Source: Trueperaceae bacterium
GTDB taxonomy: Bacteria > Deinococcota > Deinococci > Deinococcales > Trueperaceae
DNA length: 64,000 nt
Assembly (NCBI GenBank): GCA_965214405.1
Contig: OZ243956.1
Location: 2,528,001-2,592,000, forward strand
Direction of reading: 5' to 3'
The position numbers and the translations under genes were made by a program. The notes below the pieces were generated by a model, which saw only the letters and a list, made by a program, of their open reading frames with translations, did no database searches and was not told the origin of the DNA. Shown one piece after another: positions 31,717 to 44,560 of the stretch; the stretch's first letter is position 1, and each line of letters opens with the position of its first letter.

Positions 31717-32694
31717 TTAAATGAGGTGTTTGACTGCGTTCTTCTCCTCTATTAACTCTTCTTCCGTCACCTTCATCTTCTCTTGAATAAACTCGCTATT
31801 ATCTAACCCTTGCACAACGCTGTAAAACCCATTCTCAACCGTTACGGGAAACGAATACATGATGCCCTCTTCGATACCGTAAGAGCCATCACTCAGGATT
31901 GCCATGCTGACCCAGTTGCCTTTGGGTGTACCGAACGTCCAGTCTCTCATGTGATCGACAGCCGCCGAGGCTGCCGAGGCCGCGCTCGAGGCCCCGCGCG
32001 CCTCGATAATCGCCGCGCCGCGCTTTTGCACGGTAGGGATGAAGTCGTCGCGTACCCACGACTCGTCCACCAGTTCAGTTGCCGCTTTGCCGTCCACAGT
32101 GGCGTGGCTGAGGTCAGGCACTTGGGTGCTCGAGTGGTTGCCCCAGATGATCATTTTCTCGAGCGCGGTTACGGGCTGCGACGTTTTCTGCGCAAGCTGG
32201 CTCAGCGCGCGGTTGTGATCCAAGCGGGTCATCGCCGTAAACTGTTCGGGCTTGAGGTCAGGCGCGTTGTTCATGGCGATGAGCGCGTTTGTGTTGGCGG
32301 GGTTGCCGACCACCAACGCCTTGACGTCGCGGCTCGCCTGATCGTTAAGCGCTCTCCCCTGCCCCGTAAAGATGGCACCGTTGGCCTCGAGCAAATCTTT
32401 ACGTTCCATGCCGGGACCCCGCGGCCTCGAGCCCACCAGCAGCGCGTAGTCCGCATCTCTGAATGCTACGTTGGCGTCATCAGACGTTACAACGTCCTGC
32501 AATAGCGGGAAGGCACAATCTCTAAGTTCCATGACCACGCCCTCGAGTGCTTTAAGTGCGGGAGTGATTTCTAAAAGCTGTAAGATGACCGGCTGGTCTT
32601 TGCCAAGCATGTCTCCCGCCGCGATGCGGAAGAGGAGCGAATAACCAATCTGACCGGCTGCGCCTGTGACGGCGACCCTCATGGGCGATTTCAT
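31717..32694 (-). CDS. mdh: Malate dehydrogenase
   Basis: [42 protein letters not shown]. Confidence 0.96.
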   Translation of the reverse strand: MKSPMRVAVTGAAGQIGYSLLFRIAAGDMLGKDQPVILQLLEITPALKALEGVVMELRDCAFPLLQDVVTSDDANVAFRDADYALLVGSRPRGPGMERKDLLEANGAIFTGQGRALNDQASRDVKALVVGNPANTNALIAMNNAPDLKPEQFTAMTRLDHNRALSQLAQKTSQPVTALEKMIIWGNHSSTQVPDLSHATVDGKAATELVDESWVRDDFIPTVQKRGAAIIEARGASSAASAASAAVDHMRDWTFGTPKGNWVSMAILSDGSYGIEEGIMYSFPVTVENGFYSVVQGLDNSEFIQEKMKVTEEELIEEKNAVKHLI

Positions 32695-32771
32695 AGTTTC
32701 TCCTTTATTTTATTGGTGGTTGTCATGAATTCTCAACTTCAACACGTTATTGATTCAGCCTTTTTAGCAAA

Positions 32772-32787
32772 TGTTTCACGTGAAACA
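32772..32787. promoter_or_regulatory. parS centromere site
   Basis: Perfect palindrome TGTTTCACGTGAAACA just downstream of parB. Confidence 0.93.
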
Positions 32788-32801
32788 CTAAAGATTTCAC
32801 G

Positions 32802-33632
32802 TCAACTCTCATAACCGAGGTGAACAAGAAGCCGCTCGAGCTCTTCCTCCGAATAGAAGTGAAGCTCAATACGCCCCTTTTTCCCGCCCGCGACTTTGAC
32901 CTTGGTTCCCAATCTTCTTGCCAAGTCAGTCTCGAGCTGAACGTACCGTCCATCCGAAATACCGACGTTCCTCCTGTTTGTCACCTCTTTGCGCTTTAGC
33001 TTTTCCGCCTCTCTGACCGTCAGCCCCGCCGCCAGAATCTGCTGAAGCGCCCACGCCTGATCTTCTACGGGTTGCGCCAGTACGGCGCGCGCGTGACCTG
33101 CGCTGATGCGGTCTTCTTCGAGGGCCTCGAGCGCGGCGTCGGGAAGTTTGAGCAGCCTCAGCGTGTTCGCCACGGCGCTCCGGCTTTTGCTCACCGCCGC
33201 GGCCACGTCTTCCTGGCTGAGCCCGAACGCCATAAGCTGCTTGAAAGCCCGCGCCTCCTCCGCCGCGCTCAAGCTTTCGCGCTGCAAGTTCTCGATAATG
33301 GCGATCTCGAGCGTTTCACGGTCGCTCAAGGTTTTGACAATCACGGGCACAGCGGTGAGCCCCGCTTGTTGCGAGGCTCTGAAGCGGCGTTCGCCCGCGA
33401 CTATCTCATAACCATCATCTTTCGGGCGTACCAGCAGGGGCTGCAGCACGCCTTTCTCGGCGATAGATTGCGCTAACTCAGCGATGGCGGCAGGGTCAAT
33501 ACGTTTTCGGGGTTGATACGTTGAGACGCGTAAACGCCCCAGCTCTACCTGCTGAACTCCGCCCTCGGGCTTGTCCACCTTGGGCAGAAGCGCGTCCAAG
33601 CCTCGTCCTAGGCTGCTACGCTTCGCTGACAC
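32802..33632 (-). CDS. parB: Chromosome partitioning protein ParB/Spo0J
   Basis: LGRGLDALL, YQPRK, GVLQPLLVR, AGERRFRA, IENLQRE, HTH KSRSAVANTLRLL. Confidence 0.95.
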   Translation of the reverse strand: MSAKRSSLGRGLDALLPKVDKPEGGVQQVELGRLRVSTYQPRKRIDPAAIAELAQSIAEKGVLQPLLVRPKDDGYEIVAGERRFRASQQAGLTAVPVIVKTLSDRETLEIAIIENLQRESLSAAEEARAFKQLMAFGLSQEDVAAAVSKSRSAVANTLRLLKLPDAALEALEEDRISAGHARAVLAQPVEDQAWALQQILAAGLTVREAEKLKRKEVTNRRNVGISDGRYVQLETDLARRLGTKVKVAGGKKGRIELHFYSEEELERLLVHLGYES

Positions 33633-34374
33633 GGTTTAACACCTCCGTCCCAAGCTTCCGGTACGCTTCGGCCCCCGATGAGGAAGGCGCGTAGTCGAAA
33701 ATAGGCTGTCCGTAAGACGGCGCTTCCGCCAAACGCACATTACGCGGAATGACCGTTTCGAAGACAAGGTCGTTAAAGTGACCCCGGACATTCTCCTCCA
33801 CCTCCTGCGACAAACGGGTACGAGCATCATACATCGTGAGCAGAATACCCAACACGCTGAGGCTGGGGTTAACCGCGCCGCGGATTCTCTCAACCGTGTC
33901 CATCATTCCGGCGATACCCTCGAGCGCATAATACTCGGTCTGCAACGGAATAATAAGCTTGTCCGCGGCAGCCAACGCGTTGAGCGTAAGCGCGCCAATC
34001 GAGGGCGGGGCGTCGATGAGAATAAAATCATAGTTGGGACGCGCGCCCAGAAGCGCTTTCGAAAGAAGTTTCATGTTGTCGCTCGTCGCGTCGAGCTCGA
34101 GCGCGGCCCCCGCCAAATCCGGTGAGGCGGGCAGGAGAAAAAGATTGTCGCTCGAGGTGCGGCAGATGGTGCTTCTGGCGGACGCTTCACCAATGAGAAC
34201 GTCGTACACCGTTTTTTGGGGATTGCGGACGCTCAAGCCGCTGCTCGCGTTGGCCTGCGGGTCCAAATCGACCAAGAGGATGCGGCGGCTTTCGGCAAGC
34301 GCCGCCGCCAGATTGACCGCGCTCGTCGTTTTACCCACCCCACCTTTCTGATTGATGACCCCTATGGTCGGCAT
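33616..34374 (-). CDS. parA: Chromosome partitioning ATPase ParA/Soj
   Basis: NQKGGVGKTT, DLDPQAN, IDAPPS, IPRNVRLAEAPS. Confidence 0.95.
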   Translation of the reverse strand: MPTIGVINQKGGVGKTTSAVNLAAALAESRRILLVDLDPQANASSGLSVRNPQKTVYDVLIGEASARSTICRTSSDNLFLLPASPDLAGAALELDATSDNMKLLSKALLGARPNYDFILIDAPPSIGALTLNALAAADKLIIPLQTEYYALEGIAGMMDTVERIRGAVNPSLSVLGILLTMYDARTRLSQEVEENVRGHFNDLVFETVIPRNVRLAEAPSYGQPIFDYAPSSSGAEAYRKLGTEVLNRVSEA

Positions 34375-34964
34375 GTGCGGCCTCCGGGCAGCTCGAGTGC
34401 CACCAATCTACCATGCGAGGGTAGGGCGTAGTTAGCCACCACCGTCACGGGCACGCCAGCCGCGTTTTCAAGCGCCGAAAGTTCACGCTGCCAGTTGGGG
34501 CCGCGCCTCGAGACGATGGTAATGTCTTTAGCATGAAGATGCTGTGTGAGGGTATAAATGCGTAGAAAAGTGCCGACAGCCTGCGCGGTAAAAAAGGGGA
34601 GAGGCGGAAGGAGCACCTCTCTCACATCCTCTTCAATAACGTGGAGGTTGGTGAGCTCGAGGAGAGCCGAAACGAGTTTTAGAAACGCCGCCCGACGTTT
34701 GCGACGTTCTACCGCGTGAAAGGTGAGGTGTGGCAGCCTCACTGCCAAGGGGACAACAGGTAAGCCCACGCCCGAGCCTACATCCAGAAGAGAGGGTGTT
34801 GCAAGGTGGGTATTATAGAGCGCAGTATCGGCTAACGCTTGCTCATAAAGCGCCGTCTCCGCAATTTTTTCCTTCAGCTCCGCCAAACCCGCGCTCGACA
34901 TAAGATCGAGCGCGGGGGCATATTCATGAACCAGCCTCTCGTACTCCGCCAGCTTATCCTTCAT
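34362..34964 (-). CDS. rsmG: 16S rRNA (guanine(527)-N7)-methyltransferase RsmG/GidB
   Basis: LDVGSGVGLP SAM motif, ERRKRRAAFL; lies between mnmG and parA; ATG 34964 (MKDKL) preferred. Confidence 0.85.
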   Translation of the reverse strand: MKDKLAEYERLVHEYAPALDLMSSAGLAELKEKIAETALYEQALADTALYNTHLATPSLLDVGSGVGLPVVPLAVRLPHLTFHAVERRKRRAAFLKLVSALLELTNLHVIEEDVREVLLPPLPFFTAQAVGTFLRIYTLTQHLHAKDITIVSRRGPNWQRELSALENAAGVPVTVVANYALPSHGRLVALELPGGRTCRP

Positions 34965-36807
34965 GCAATGTTTCACGTGAAACATTTCTAGACTTCTTAT
35001 AAACCAGGAGCGCCGTCACATCGCTGTCTCGCACACCGCGAAGACGTTGCGCGGCCCCCAGCGTTCCCGGTTTGTGTCGCAGGAGTGCTTCATGACCCTC
35101 TTTGGAAAGACCGGACACACGTTCCAAATCGCGTTCGCTCAGGCTTACCCTTTCGTAGGCGTTACGCGACTCGAGTTCTTTGCGGCTACGTTCGATGTAT
35201 GCGGTGTATTTCAGTGTTATCTCGACCTTACGCTTTTCGTCAAGGCTGAGCGCTGCGTCTCCCTCGCCCAGGCGCGTCACCACATTCTCATAACTCATAC
35301 CCGGACGACAGAGAACCTTACTCGCAGGCACACCGTCCAAACGCGAGGACTGAAACCGCAGCACTTCAGCTTCTACACGCGCCTCGGACCTACGCAAACC
35401 TGTGAGAGCGTCCGCTCCGACCAATCCCCAGGCGTGACCCACCGGCAGCAGGCGTTCAGCGGCGTTGTCCTGCCGGTGGAGGAGACGGTACTCATTGCGC
35501 GAGGTGAGCATCCGGTAGGGTTCGTCGATGCCCCACCTCACGAGGTCGTCGAGCAATACACCGATGTACCCTTCGTCACGCCGCAGACTGACGCGCGCCT
35601 CCCCAGCGGCATGTCTCGCCGCATTAACGCCCGCGATAAAACCTTGCGCGGCGGCCTCTTCATAACCGCTCGTCCCGTTGATCTGGCCCGCGCTGAAAAG
35701 ACCTGGCAGCCATTTGGACATGAGCGTTGTATCGAGTTGCGTGGGGTCGAGTGCGTCATACTCCACCGCGTACGCGTAGCGCTGCACCACCGCCCGCTCA
35801 AAGGCGGGCAAGGTGCGGATCATATCATCTTGAAGGTGAGGCGGCATGGAGCTCGAGAACCCCTGCAAATAAACCTCACTGGTTTCGAGACCGTCGGGCT
35901 CGACAAAAAGGAGGTGACGGTCTTTATCCGCGAAACGCACCACTTTGTCTTCAATAGACGGACAGTAGCGTGGACCCTGCCCCTCGATCTCGCCCCCGTA
36001 CATGGCGGAGTGCTCGAGGTTCTGCGCGATAAGCTCATGCGTTTGGGGCGTTGTGTGAGTCAGCCAGGTCGAGCAAGCGCTGATGTTGGGTCCGGGTTCG
36101 CCTGTAAAAGACCGTGCCGGGTTGTCGGACGGCACCACGTCCAGCACGGAAAAGTCGACGGAGTCGGCGCGGATGCGGGGCGGCGTGCCGGTCTTGAAGC
36201 GTAGCAGACTGTGTCCCGTCGCCCGCAGGCTGTGCGAGAGGTGTCTCGAGGGCGCTTCACCCTGCCGCCCCGCCGGACGTTTCTTTTTGCCGTACCAGAC
36301 GACGCCCGCCAGGAATGTGCCCGTACAAAGCACCACGCTGGGAGCACGTAAGGCGCGTCCGTCGGTGAGACTTACGCCCGTTATACGTTGAGGCAAATCG
36401 CCACGCGAAACTTCAAGTCCCGCGACTTCCGCTCTCACAATGTCGATACCCGGGGTTTGTTCGACGAGGGCTCGAGCCGCCGCGGCGTAGCCGTCCCGCT
36501 CGTTTTGCACGCGCAGCGATTGCACCGCCGGACCCTTGCTCGCGTTGAGCGTGCGCGCGTGGATCGCGGTTTCGTCGGCCAAGCGGCCCATCACCCCACC
36601 CAGCGCGTGCAGTTCAGAAACCAGTTGCGACTTGCCGGGGCCGCCAATCGCGGGGTTACAGGGCATCAGGCCAATCTTGTCGGGGTTGGGTAACACAAGA
36701 GCGACCGCCGCGCCAAGCTCGGCCGCCGCGTGCGCGGCTTCGACGCCTGCATGTCCTCCGCCTACCACGACAACGTCATAGTTCATTTTTAGAGCGTTCC
36801 CGTTCAT
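34954..36807 (-). CDS. mnmG: tRNA uridine-5-carboxymethylaminomethyl(34) synthesis enzyme MnmG/GidA
   Basis: VGGGHAGVEAA, CNPAIGG, FKTGTPPR, GPRYCPSIEDK, AGQINGTSGYEEAAAQG; TATAGT 6 nt before ATG 36807. Confidence 0.96.
   Translation of the reverse strand: MNGNALKMNYDVVVVGGGHAGVEAAHAAAELGAAVALVLPNPDKIGLMPCNPAIGGPGKSQLVSELHALGGVMGRLADETAIHARTLNASKGPAVQSLRVQNERDGYAAAARALVEQTPGIDIVRAEVAGLEVSRGDLPQRITGVSLTDGRALRAPSVVLCTGTFLAGVVWYGKKKRPAGRQGEAPSRHLSHSLRATGHSLLRFKTGTPPRIRADSVDFSVLDVVPSDNPARSFTGEPGPNISACSTWLTHTTPQTHELIAQNLEHSAMYGGEIEGQGPRYCPSIEDKVVRFADKDRHLLFVEPDGLETSEVYLQGFSSSMPPHLQDDMIRTLPAFERAVVQRYAYAVEYDALDPTQLDTTLMSKWLPGLFSAGQINGTSGYEEAAAQGFIAGVNAARHAAGEARVSLRRDEGYIGVLLDDLVRWGIDEPYRMLTSRNEYRLLHRQDNAAERLLPVGHAWGLVGADALTGLRRSEARVEAEVLRFQSSRLDGVPASKVLCRPGMSYENVVTRLGEGDAALSLDEKRKVEITLKYTAYIERSRKELESRNAYERVSLSERDLERVSGLSKEGHEALLRHKPGTLGAAQRLRGVRDSDVTALLVYKKSRNVSRETLHEG
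34969..34984. promoter_or_regulatory. parS site embedded in the 3' end of mnmG
   Basis: Perfect TGTTTCACGTGAAACA; reads VSRET in MnmG. Confidence 0.92.
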
Positions 36808-36965
36808 ACGAAAACTATACAGGGTAATGCGGAGAGTTACTGTAGGAACCTCTTGTGCGGGCTTAAGCTGTGTAGCTCGAGCCGCACCCAACTCAGGGTC
36901 GGCAATCTGTTAGACTGACGAACTGTGAAACGAAGAGGCGGGAGGCGCGTTGTGTCAGGAGCAAA

Positions 36966-38327
36966 GTGGTAGGGCCGGAGGGGCGCATTTGGGAGGACAT
37001 TCTCGAGTTTGTCCGCGACCACATCCCCGAGGTGGAGTTTCGCACTTGGTTCAAGCAGGTGCGGCCCCTGGGGATTAGCGACGGGACGTTTATGATAGGG
37101 GTGCCGCACTCGTTTGCGAGAGACTGGCTTAAAAGCCACTACGGCAGCGTCATCGAGCAGGCACTAAAGGATTTGGGCGCGGCGTCGCCGAGGGTAGGAT
37201 TTCAGGTGGTGCCCTTTCAGACGTCCGAACAGCAGGACATTTTTAGTAGCGTCCCCCTCAATAACGTGTCCCCCTCCGACGTAGGCTCCCCCGGACATGC
37301 GGTAACGAGCCGCCCGAAACTCAATCCCAAATACATTTTTTCAAACTTCGTTGTCGGCTCTAACAACAATTTGGCCCACGCGGCGGCGCTCGCGGTCGCC
37401 GAAGCGCCGGGACGCGCTTACAACCCGCTGTTCATTTACGGAGAAGCCGGGCTCGGCAAAACGCACATTATGCACGCGGTGGGTCACGCGGTAGAGGAGA
37501 GGTTTGGCAATTTGCGCATAGAGTACGTCACCACAGAAACGTTTGCCAACGATCTTATCAACGCCATCCGCGAAGACAAAATGACTGCATTTAGAGACCG
37601 CTACCGCAGTATCGATTTGCTCCTCATCGACGACGTGCAGTTCATTGCGGGCAAAGAACGTACGCAAGAAGAGTTTTTTCATACCTTTAATACGCTTTAT
37701 GAATCGGGCAACCAGATTATCTTGTCGTCCGATAGGCCGCCCAAAGACATTCCGACGCTCGACAACCGCATCCGCAGCCGCTTCGAGTGGGGGCTGATTA
37801 CCGACATCAACCCGCCTGAGTTAGAAACGCGCATCGCTATTCTGAAAATGAATGCGGAGTATAGAGGCGTCAAAATTCCGGGTGAGGTCATCGATTTTAT
37901 TGCGCGGCAGGTCACGTCGAACATCCGTGAGCTGGAGGGTGCGCTGGTCCGCGTCATCGTCTACGCGAGTATGAATCAGGAAGAACTCACTCGGCAGACG
38001 GCCTCGAGGGCCTTGTCTGATGTGTTTACACCAGGCGAACTCAACCTCACGATGGAGGACATCCTGCGCGCCGCCGCGCGTCACTACGAGGTCGAGGCCG
38101 ACGACCTCCGCTCAAAGGGGAGACGTCACGAGTTAGTCGTGCCGCGACAAGTCGCCATGTACCTTATCCGCGAACTCACCCCGCACTCGTACCCCGAAAT
38201 AGGACAGTTTTTCTCCGGACGCGACCACTCGACGGTAATGTACGCGGTTCAAAAAGTTACTGACCAACTCAAAGAAGATAACGAACTGTACGAAAAAGTG
38301 CGGGGCATCAAGAGCGGCTTACTATAA
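36966..38327 (+). CDS. dnaA: Chromosomal replication initiator DnaA
   Basis: [51 protein letters not shown]. Confidence 0.97.
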   Translation: MVGPEGRIWEDILEFVRDHIPEVEFRTWFKQVRPLGISDGTFMIGVPHSFARDWLKSHYGSVIEQALKDLGAASPRVGFQVVPFQTSEQQDIFSSVPLNNVSPSDVGSPGHAVTSRPKLNPKYIFSNFVVGSNNNLAHAAALAVAEAPGRAYNPLFIYGEAGLGKTHIMHAVGHAVEERFGNLRIEYVTTETFANDLINAIREDKMTAFRDRYRSIDLLLIDDVQFIAGKERTQEEFFHTFNTLYESGNQIILSSDRPPKDIPTLDNRIRSRFEWGLITDINPPELETRIAILKMNAEYRGVKIPGEVIDFIARQVTSNIRELEGALVRVIVYASMNQEELTRQTASRALSDVFTPGELNLTMEDILRAAARHYEVEADDLRSKGRRHELVVPRQVAMYLIRELTPHSYPEIGQFFSGRDHSTVMYAVQKVTDQLKEDNELYEKVRGIKSGLL

Positions 38328-38758
38328 GTGAATTCACATTTACTCAATTGGAAATTTAGTGCAGCTTTTCGAACTCTCCAAAGTTGCAAACTAGACCTGT
38401 TGATACAAGTACAAAAACATCCTGCTGCAACCTTAATGAATCGTCACTTTCTCTCATTTCTTCTCATAAAGGGGCTCAGAAACCCTCTTTTACCTGTGGA
38501 TAAGTCTGTGGATAAGCTGTGTATAACCCTGTGGATAAACTGTGGACAACTTCGCCTTTCACACACCCTGTGGATAGCTGTGGACAACTTAGGGGTTTAT
38601 CCACAGGCAAGGGCGAGTTATCCACAAAATTATCCACAGGCACTTCGCCCTCCTGGAGGGGCCAAAGTGGGGTTTTCCACAGTTTCCACAGGCCCTACTA
38701 TAGAGAGGGTTCTTTCTAAAAATTGGTTACGTTCCCGTCACCGTCAAAAGGGAGATTT
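38328..38758. other. Replication origin oriC with about 12 DnaA boxes
   Basis: Seven TGTGGATAA-type boxes at 38495, 38507, 38518, 38530, 38541, 38569 and 38579; five TTATCCACA-type boxes at 38597, 38618, 38630, 38673 and 38682; AT-rich flanks; lies between dnaA and dnaN. Confidence 0.95.
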
Positions 38759-39844
38759 ATGAGAGTCCACGTCCCCAAGAAGCAACTAGCCGACGCTCTG
38801 GCTCAAGTTGAACGCATCATTCCCAACAGGAGCAGCAACCCTGGTTTGAGTCTTTTACAGCTCGAGCTTAAAGAAGACCGTCTCGTCTTTAGCGGCAGCA
38901 ACATGGAGCTAGACATCCAAGCGAGTCTCGCCGCCGACGTTGAGGGCGCGGGGCGCGTGGCGCTGCCCGCGCAGGTTTTCGGGCAGGTCGTGCGCGCCTT
39001 GCCCGGTGAACTTGTCGAACTCGTCTTTAGCGATAATGAACTGGAGATTCGCTCGGGTTCCTATACCACCAAGCTTCAGCTCGCGGGCGGCGAGGGTGCG
39101 CCGGAATTGGCGTTCCCGCAGACTTATGAGGGCCAACTGGATGGAGCGGTCTTAGAAACTGCGCTGTCCCACGTCCGTTACGCCGCGGCGGTCGCCGAGT
39201 ATCAGGCCATCTTCCGGGGCGTCAAGCTCGAGCTCAAAGACAACCGACTACGCGCGGTGGCGACCGACGGTTTCCGGCTGGCCTACTACCACGTCGAGGA
39301 GAGCAGCGGGTTAGACGCAGACATCGTGATTCCGGCGCGCAGCGTTGACGAACTCACCAAGGTTTTGGTGGACGGAGAAGCGGCTTTAGAACTCCAGAAC
39401 AACCAACTCTCGCTCTCGAGCGGCCCCTTCAAGCTCAACCTCAAGCTCATGGAAGGGACCTTTCCCGACTACGAGCGCGTGATTCCCTCTGTTTTTCCGG
39501 TGACGGTGACGTTGGACGCCAAGGCGCTCGAGGGGGCGGTGTCGCGCGTCGCCGTGGTGGCGGATAAAACGACCAACAACCGCGTCGACCTGTTTATCAA
39601 GAGTGGAAGCCTACGCATCACCGCCGAGGGGGGTTACGGGCGCTCTGAGGAGGCGCTGGAGGTGGCTCAGGAGGGGAGCGAGTCGGAAATTGCGCTGGCT
39701 TACAACGCGAAGTATCTGGTTGACGCTCTCTCTCCCGTGGAGGGCGACCTGCGCTTTTCTTTTTCGGGTCCGACCAGCCCGAGCGTGATGTCGAGCCTTA
39801 AAGACCCGAGCTACTTGGCAATGGTCGTTCCCCTGCGGATTTGA
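38759..39844 (+). CDS. dnaN: DNA polymerase III beta clamp
   Basis: VATDGFRLA, EGTFPDYERVIP, YNAKYLVDAL, MVVPLR; GGAG RBS before ATG 38759. Confidence 0.96.
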   Translation: MRVHVPKKQLADALAQVERIIPNRSSNPGLSLLQLELKEDRLVFSGSNMELDIQASLAADVEGAGRVALPAQVFGQVVRALPGELVELVFSDNELEIRSGSYTTKLQLAGGEGAPELAFPQTYEGQLDGAVLETALSHVRYAAAVAEYQAIFRGVKLELKDNRLRAVATDGFRLAYYHVEESSGLDADIVIPARSVDELTKVLVDGEAALELQNNQLSLSSGPFKLNLKLMEGTFPDYERVIPSVFPVTVTLDAKALEGAVSRVAVVADKTTNNRVDLFIKSGSLRITAEGGYGRSEEALEVAQEGSESEIALAYNAKYLVDALSPVEGDLRFSFSGPTSPSVMSSLKDPSYLAMVVPLRI

Positions 39845-39892
39845 GTGGAGGAGACTCACGCTTAGACTGGTGTACACTGTTCGGGGTTACGA

Positions 39893-40027
39893 GTTGAGGT
39901 GATGCTTCGCTCTAACACCTTGTCGCGGTGTTACATGGTGCGAGCTTGCGTCTGAGAGTCAAAGCGGCTCGGTCTGGAACAACTACTGCGTCGCTGCGGC
40001 GAGCTTCGGTTCAACGTTAACCTCAAC
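39893..40027 (+). ncRNA. Candidate structured RNA (sRNA or eno-pyk leader), family unidentified
   Basis: Closing stem GTTGAGGT/ACCTCAAC; internal hairpin TAACACC/GGTGTTA nested in GCTTCGC/GCGAGC; TACACT upstream and a T-rich run downstream. Confidence 0.35.
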
Positions 40028-40064
40028 AGTTTTCTCTATTCTGAATGATTTTTTAACCTCATGA

Positions 40065-42847
<2,783 letters not shown>

Positions 42848-42874
42848 GTTCTGTTGGCACAAAAAATTGGCACT

Positions 42875-42903
42875 AAAAAAGGCGGCCTCAGCGCCGCCTT
42901 TTT
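42875..42903. terminator. Bidirectional intrinsic terminator between pyk and rplI
   Basis: AAAAAAGGCGGC-ctcagc-GCCGCCTTTTT. Confidence 0.88.
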
Positions 42904-42927
42904 GGGTTTACTGCGCTCGAGCCGCCC

Positions 42928-43377
42928 CTAAACCTCTTCGGCAGCCACCATCACCTTGAGGTCGATGGGCACTTCCGGGTGAGGCTTATACACCACCGTG
43001 TACTCCCCAAGCGTCTTGATGGGCTCGGGCAGGTCGATTTTGCGGCGGTCAACCTCGACGTTATAGGTTCGTTCAAGTGCGTCGGCGATGTCTTTATTGC
43101 CGACCGAGCCGTAGATGCGCTCCTCGCCCGCGCGCACCCTAAGCTCGATGCTGGCGTCGCCAAGGAGCGTCTTGAGGCGCTCCGCGTCCGCCTTGCGCTC
43201 CGAGAGCTGTTTGGCGCGCTGTGAGAGCCTCGCCTCCAGCTCGGCCTGGTTGGCCCTGGTTGAGGGCAGCGCCAGCCCCTGCGGGATGAGGAAGTTGCGC
43301 GCGTAACCGGAACGCACCTTGACCTGTTCGCCCGCGTCGCCCAAGTTGTCGACGGGCTCGAGCAGAATTACGTTCAT
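42928..43377 (-). CDS. rplI: 50S ribosomal protein L9
   Basis: MNVILLEPVDNLG..G..V.VRSGYARNFLIPQG, IYGSV, PIKTLG. Confidence 0.96.
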   Translation of the reverse strand: MNVILLEPVDNLGDAGEQVKVRSGYARNFLIPQGLALPSTRANQAELEARLSQRAKQLSERKADAERLKTLLGDASIELRVRAGEERIYGSVGNKDIADALERTYNVEVDRRKIDLPEPIKTLGEYTVVYKPHPEVPIDLKVMVAAEEV

Positions 43378-43664
43378 CGCCGCACCAGCGTTTCGGTGAT
43401 GGGGATGATGGCTAGGACTCGAGCGCGCTTAATGGTCGTCGCCAGCCTGCGCTGGTGTTTGGCGCACACGCCCGTGCGGCGGCGCGGCAGGATTTTGGCG
43501 GTATCCGAAATAAAGCGGCGCAGCATCCTGGCGTCGCGGTAGGCGGTCACTTCCTGCTCGCCCGTGCAAAAGGGGCAGACCTTGGGGCGGCGGCTTCTGC
43601 GACCGCCGCGCTTGTCTCTGTCCCTGTCTCTGTCTCGACTGCTACTTCTTTTACGCTCTGCCAT
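43374..43664 (-). CDS. rpsR: 30S ribosomal protein S18 (zinc-binding C+ form)
   Basis: KVCPFC, KILPRRRTGVCAKHQR..IKRAR. Confidence 0.95.
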   Translation of the reverse strand: MAERKRSSSRDRDRDRDKRGGRRSRRPKVCPFCTGEQEVTAYRDARMLRRFISDTAKILPRRRTGVCAKHQRRLATTIKRARVLAIIPITETLVRR

Positions 43665-44498
43665 TTAGAAGGGTAGATCCTCTTCTGGTGGAAATTCCTC
43701 GTCAATATCAAGTTTTTGACCCCCTCGGACGCTCTGCGGAGCTTGCTGGCTCGTTGCAGGGCGGGCACCGGCGCCACCACCACCGGGGCCACGGGTCATA
43801 AATTCAACGCGCGAACCTTCAATCTTGTCCCTATACTGGCGGTTGCCGTCTTTGTCGGTCCAGTTGTCGGTAACCAGTCGGCCCACGACCAGCACGGGGT
43901 CGCCCTTGGCGAGTTCCGCGCACGCCTCGGCGAGTTCGCGCCACACGTCGATATCGACGTAGTGGGTACGGTCTTGGTCTTGGCCGTTACGGTCGCGGAA
44001 CTGCTCATTCACCGCCATCGAAAAGCGCGCGACGGCGTCGCCGCCCGGCGTGTAGCGCAGTTCGGCGTCCCGCGTTAAGTTGCCGATGACCGTCACCTGG
44101 TTGAGCGCATTCGTTAGGCGCTCCTGCCCGCGCGCGTCGGTCACGGTGGGCTCGTCTTTGCGCGTGCCGAAGGTGACCGCTTCGACGCGTGAGGCGTTGA
44201 TGCCCAGGGCGCTGCGCTTTTGCCCGTTGTTGTCTTCCCAGGCGCGGTAGTTGAGCCTGCCGTCTACAAAGACGGGCGTGCCCTGGTCAAGTCCTTCAAC
44301 CAGATATTCCGCCTGCTTGCCAAAGACCGAAACGCGGTGATACCAAGCAAGGTCGCGTGTTTGGCCGTCTGAGCCCGTCACGCGGTCGTTGCCGCCCAAA
44401 TTGAGTTCCAAAATCGCCAAGCCACCCGCGGTGTACTTGAGTTCAGGTTTTTGGGTGAGGGTACCGACCAGTTGAACGTTGTTAAAGCCTCGAGCCAT
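43665..44498 (-). CDS. ssb: Single-stranded DNA-binding protein, double-OB-fold (Deinococcus-Thermus type)
   Basis: Two OB repeats (PELKYTAGG / AELRYTPGG); acidic tail EEDLPF. Confidence 0.96.
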   Translation of the reverse strand: MARGFNNVQLVGTLTQKPELKYTAGGLAILELNLGGNDRVTGSDGQTRDLAWYHRVSVFGKQAEYLVEGLDQGTPVFVDGRLNYRAWEDNNGQKRSALGINASRVEAVTFGTRKDEPTVTDARGQERLTNALNQVTVIGNLTRDAELRYTPGGDAVARFSMAVNEQFRDRNGQDQDRTHYVDIDVWRELAEACAELAKGDPVLVVGRLVTDNWTDKDGNRQYRDKIEGSRVEFMTRGPGGGGAGARPATSQQAPQSVRGGQKLDIDEEFPPEEDLPF

Positions 44499-44560
44499 GT
44501 TCTTTTCCTCTTTCTTCTCTTCGTGAGAGTCATGATGCGCTGTTCTTCTCTGTGCGAGTC

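Noticed and set aside
32793..32808. Possible second parS next to 32772
   Set aside because: Only 10 of 16 positions match and the right arm is broken.
34965..34985. N-terminal MFHVKH extension of RsmG in the ORF track
   Set aside because: It is the translation of the parS palindrome; ATG 34964 is the more plausible start.
35047..36204. Long antisense ORF (385 aa) over mnmG, and similar shadow ORFs over metH, mdh, pyk, katA and hemB
   Set aside because: These are expected in GC-rich coding DNA, show no recognisable motifs and fully overlap well-supported genes.
38328..38762. 144-aa and 66-aa ORFs across the dnaA-dnaN gap
   Set aside because: They are translations of DnaA-box arrays (VDK/LWI/YPQ patterns); the region is oriC.
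44499..44560. Radiation/desiccation response motif (RDRM) upstream of ssb
   Set aside because: I could not find a convincing 17-bp palindromic match by eye.
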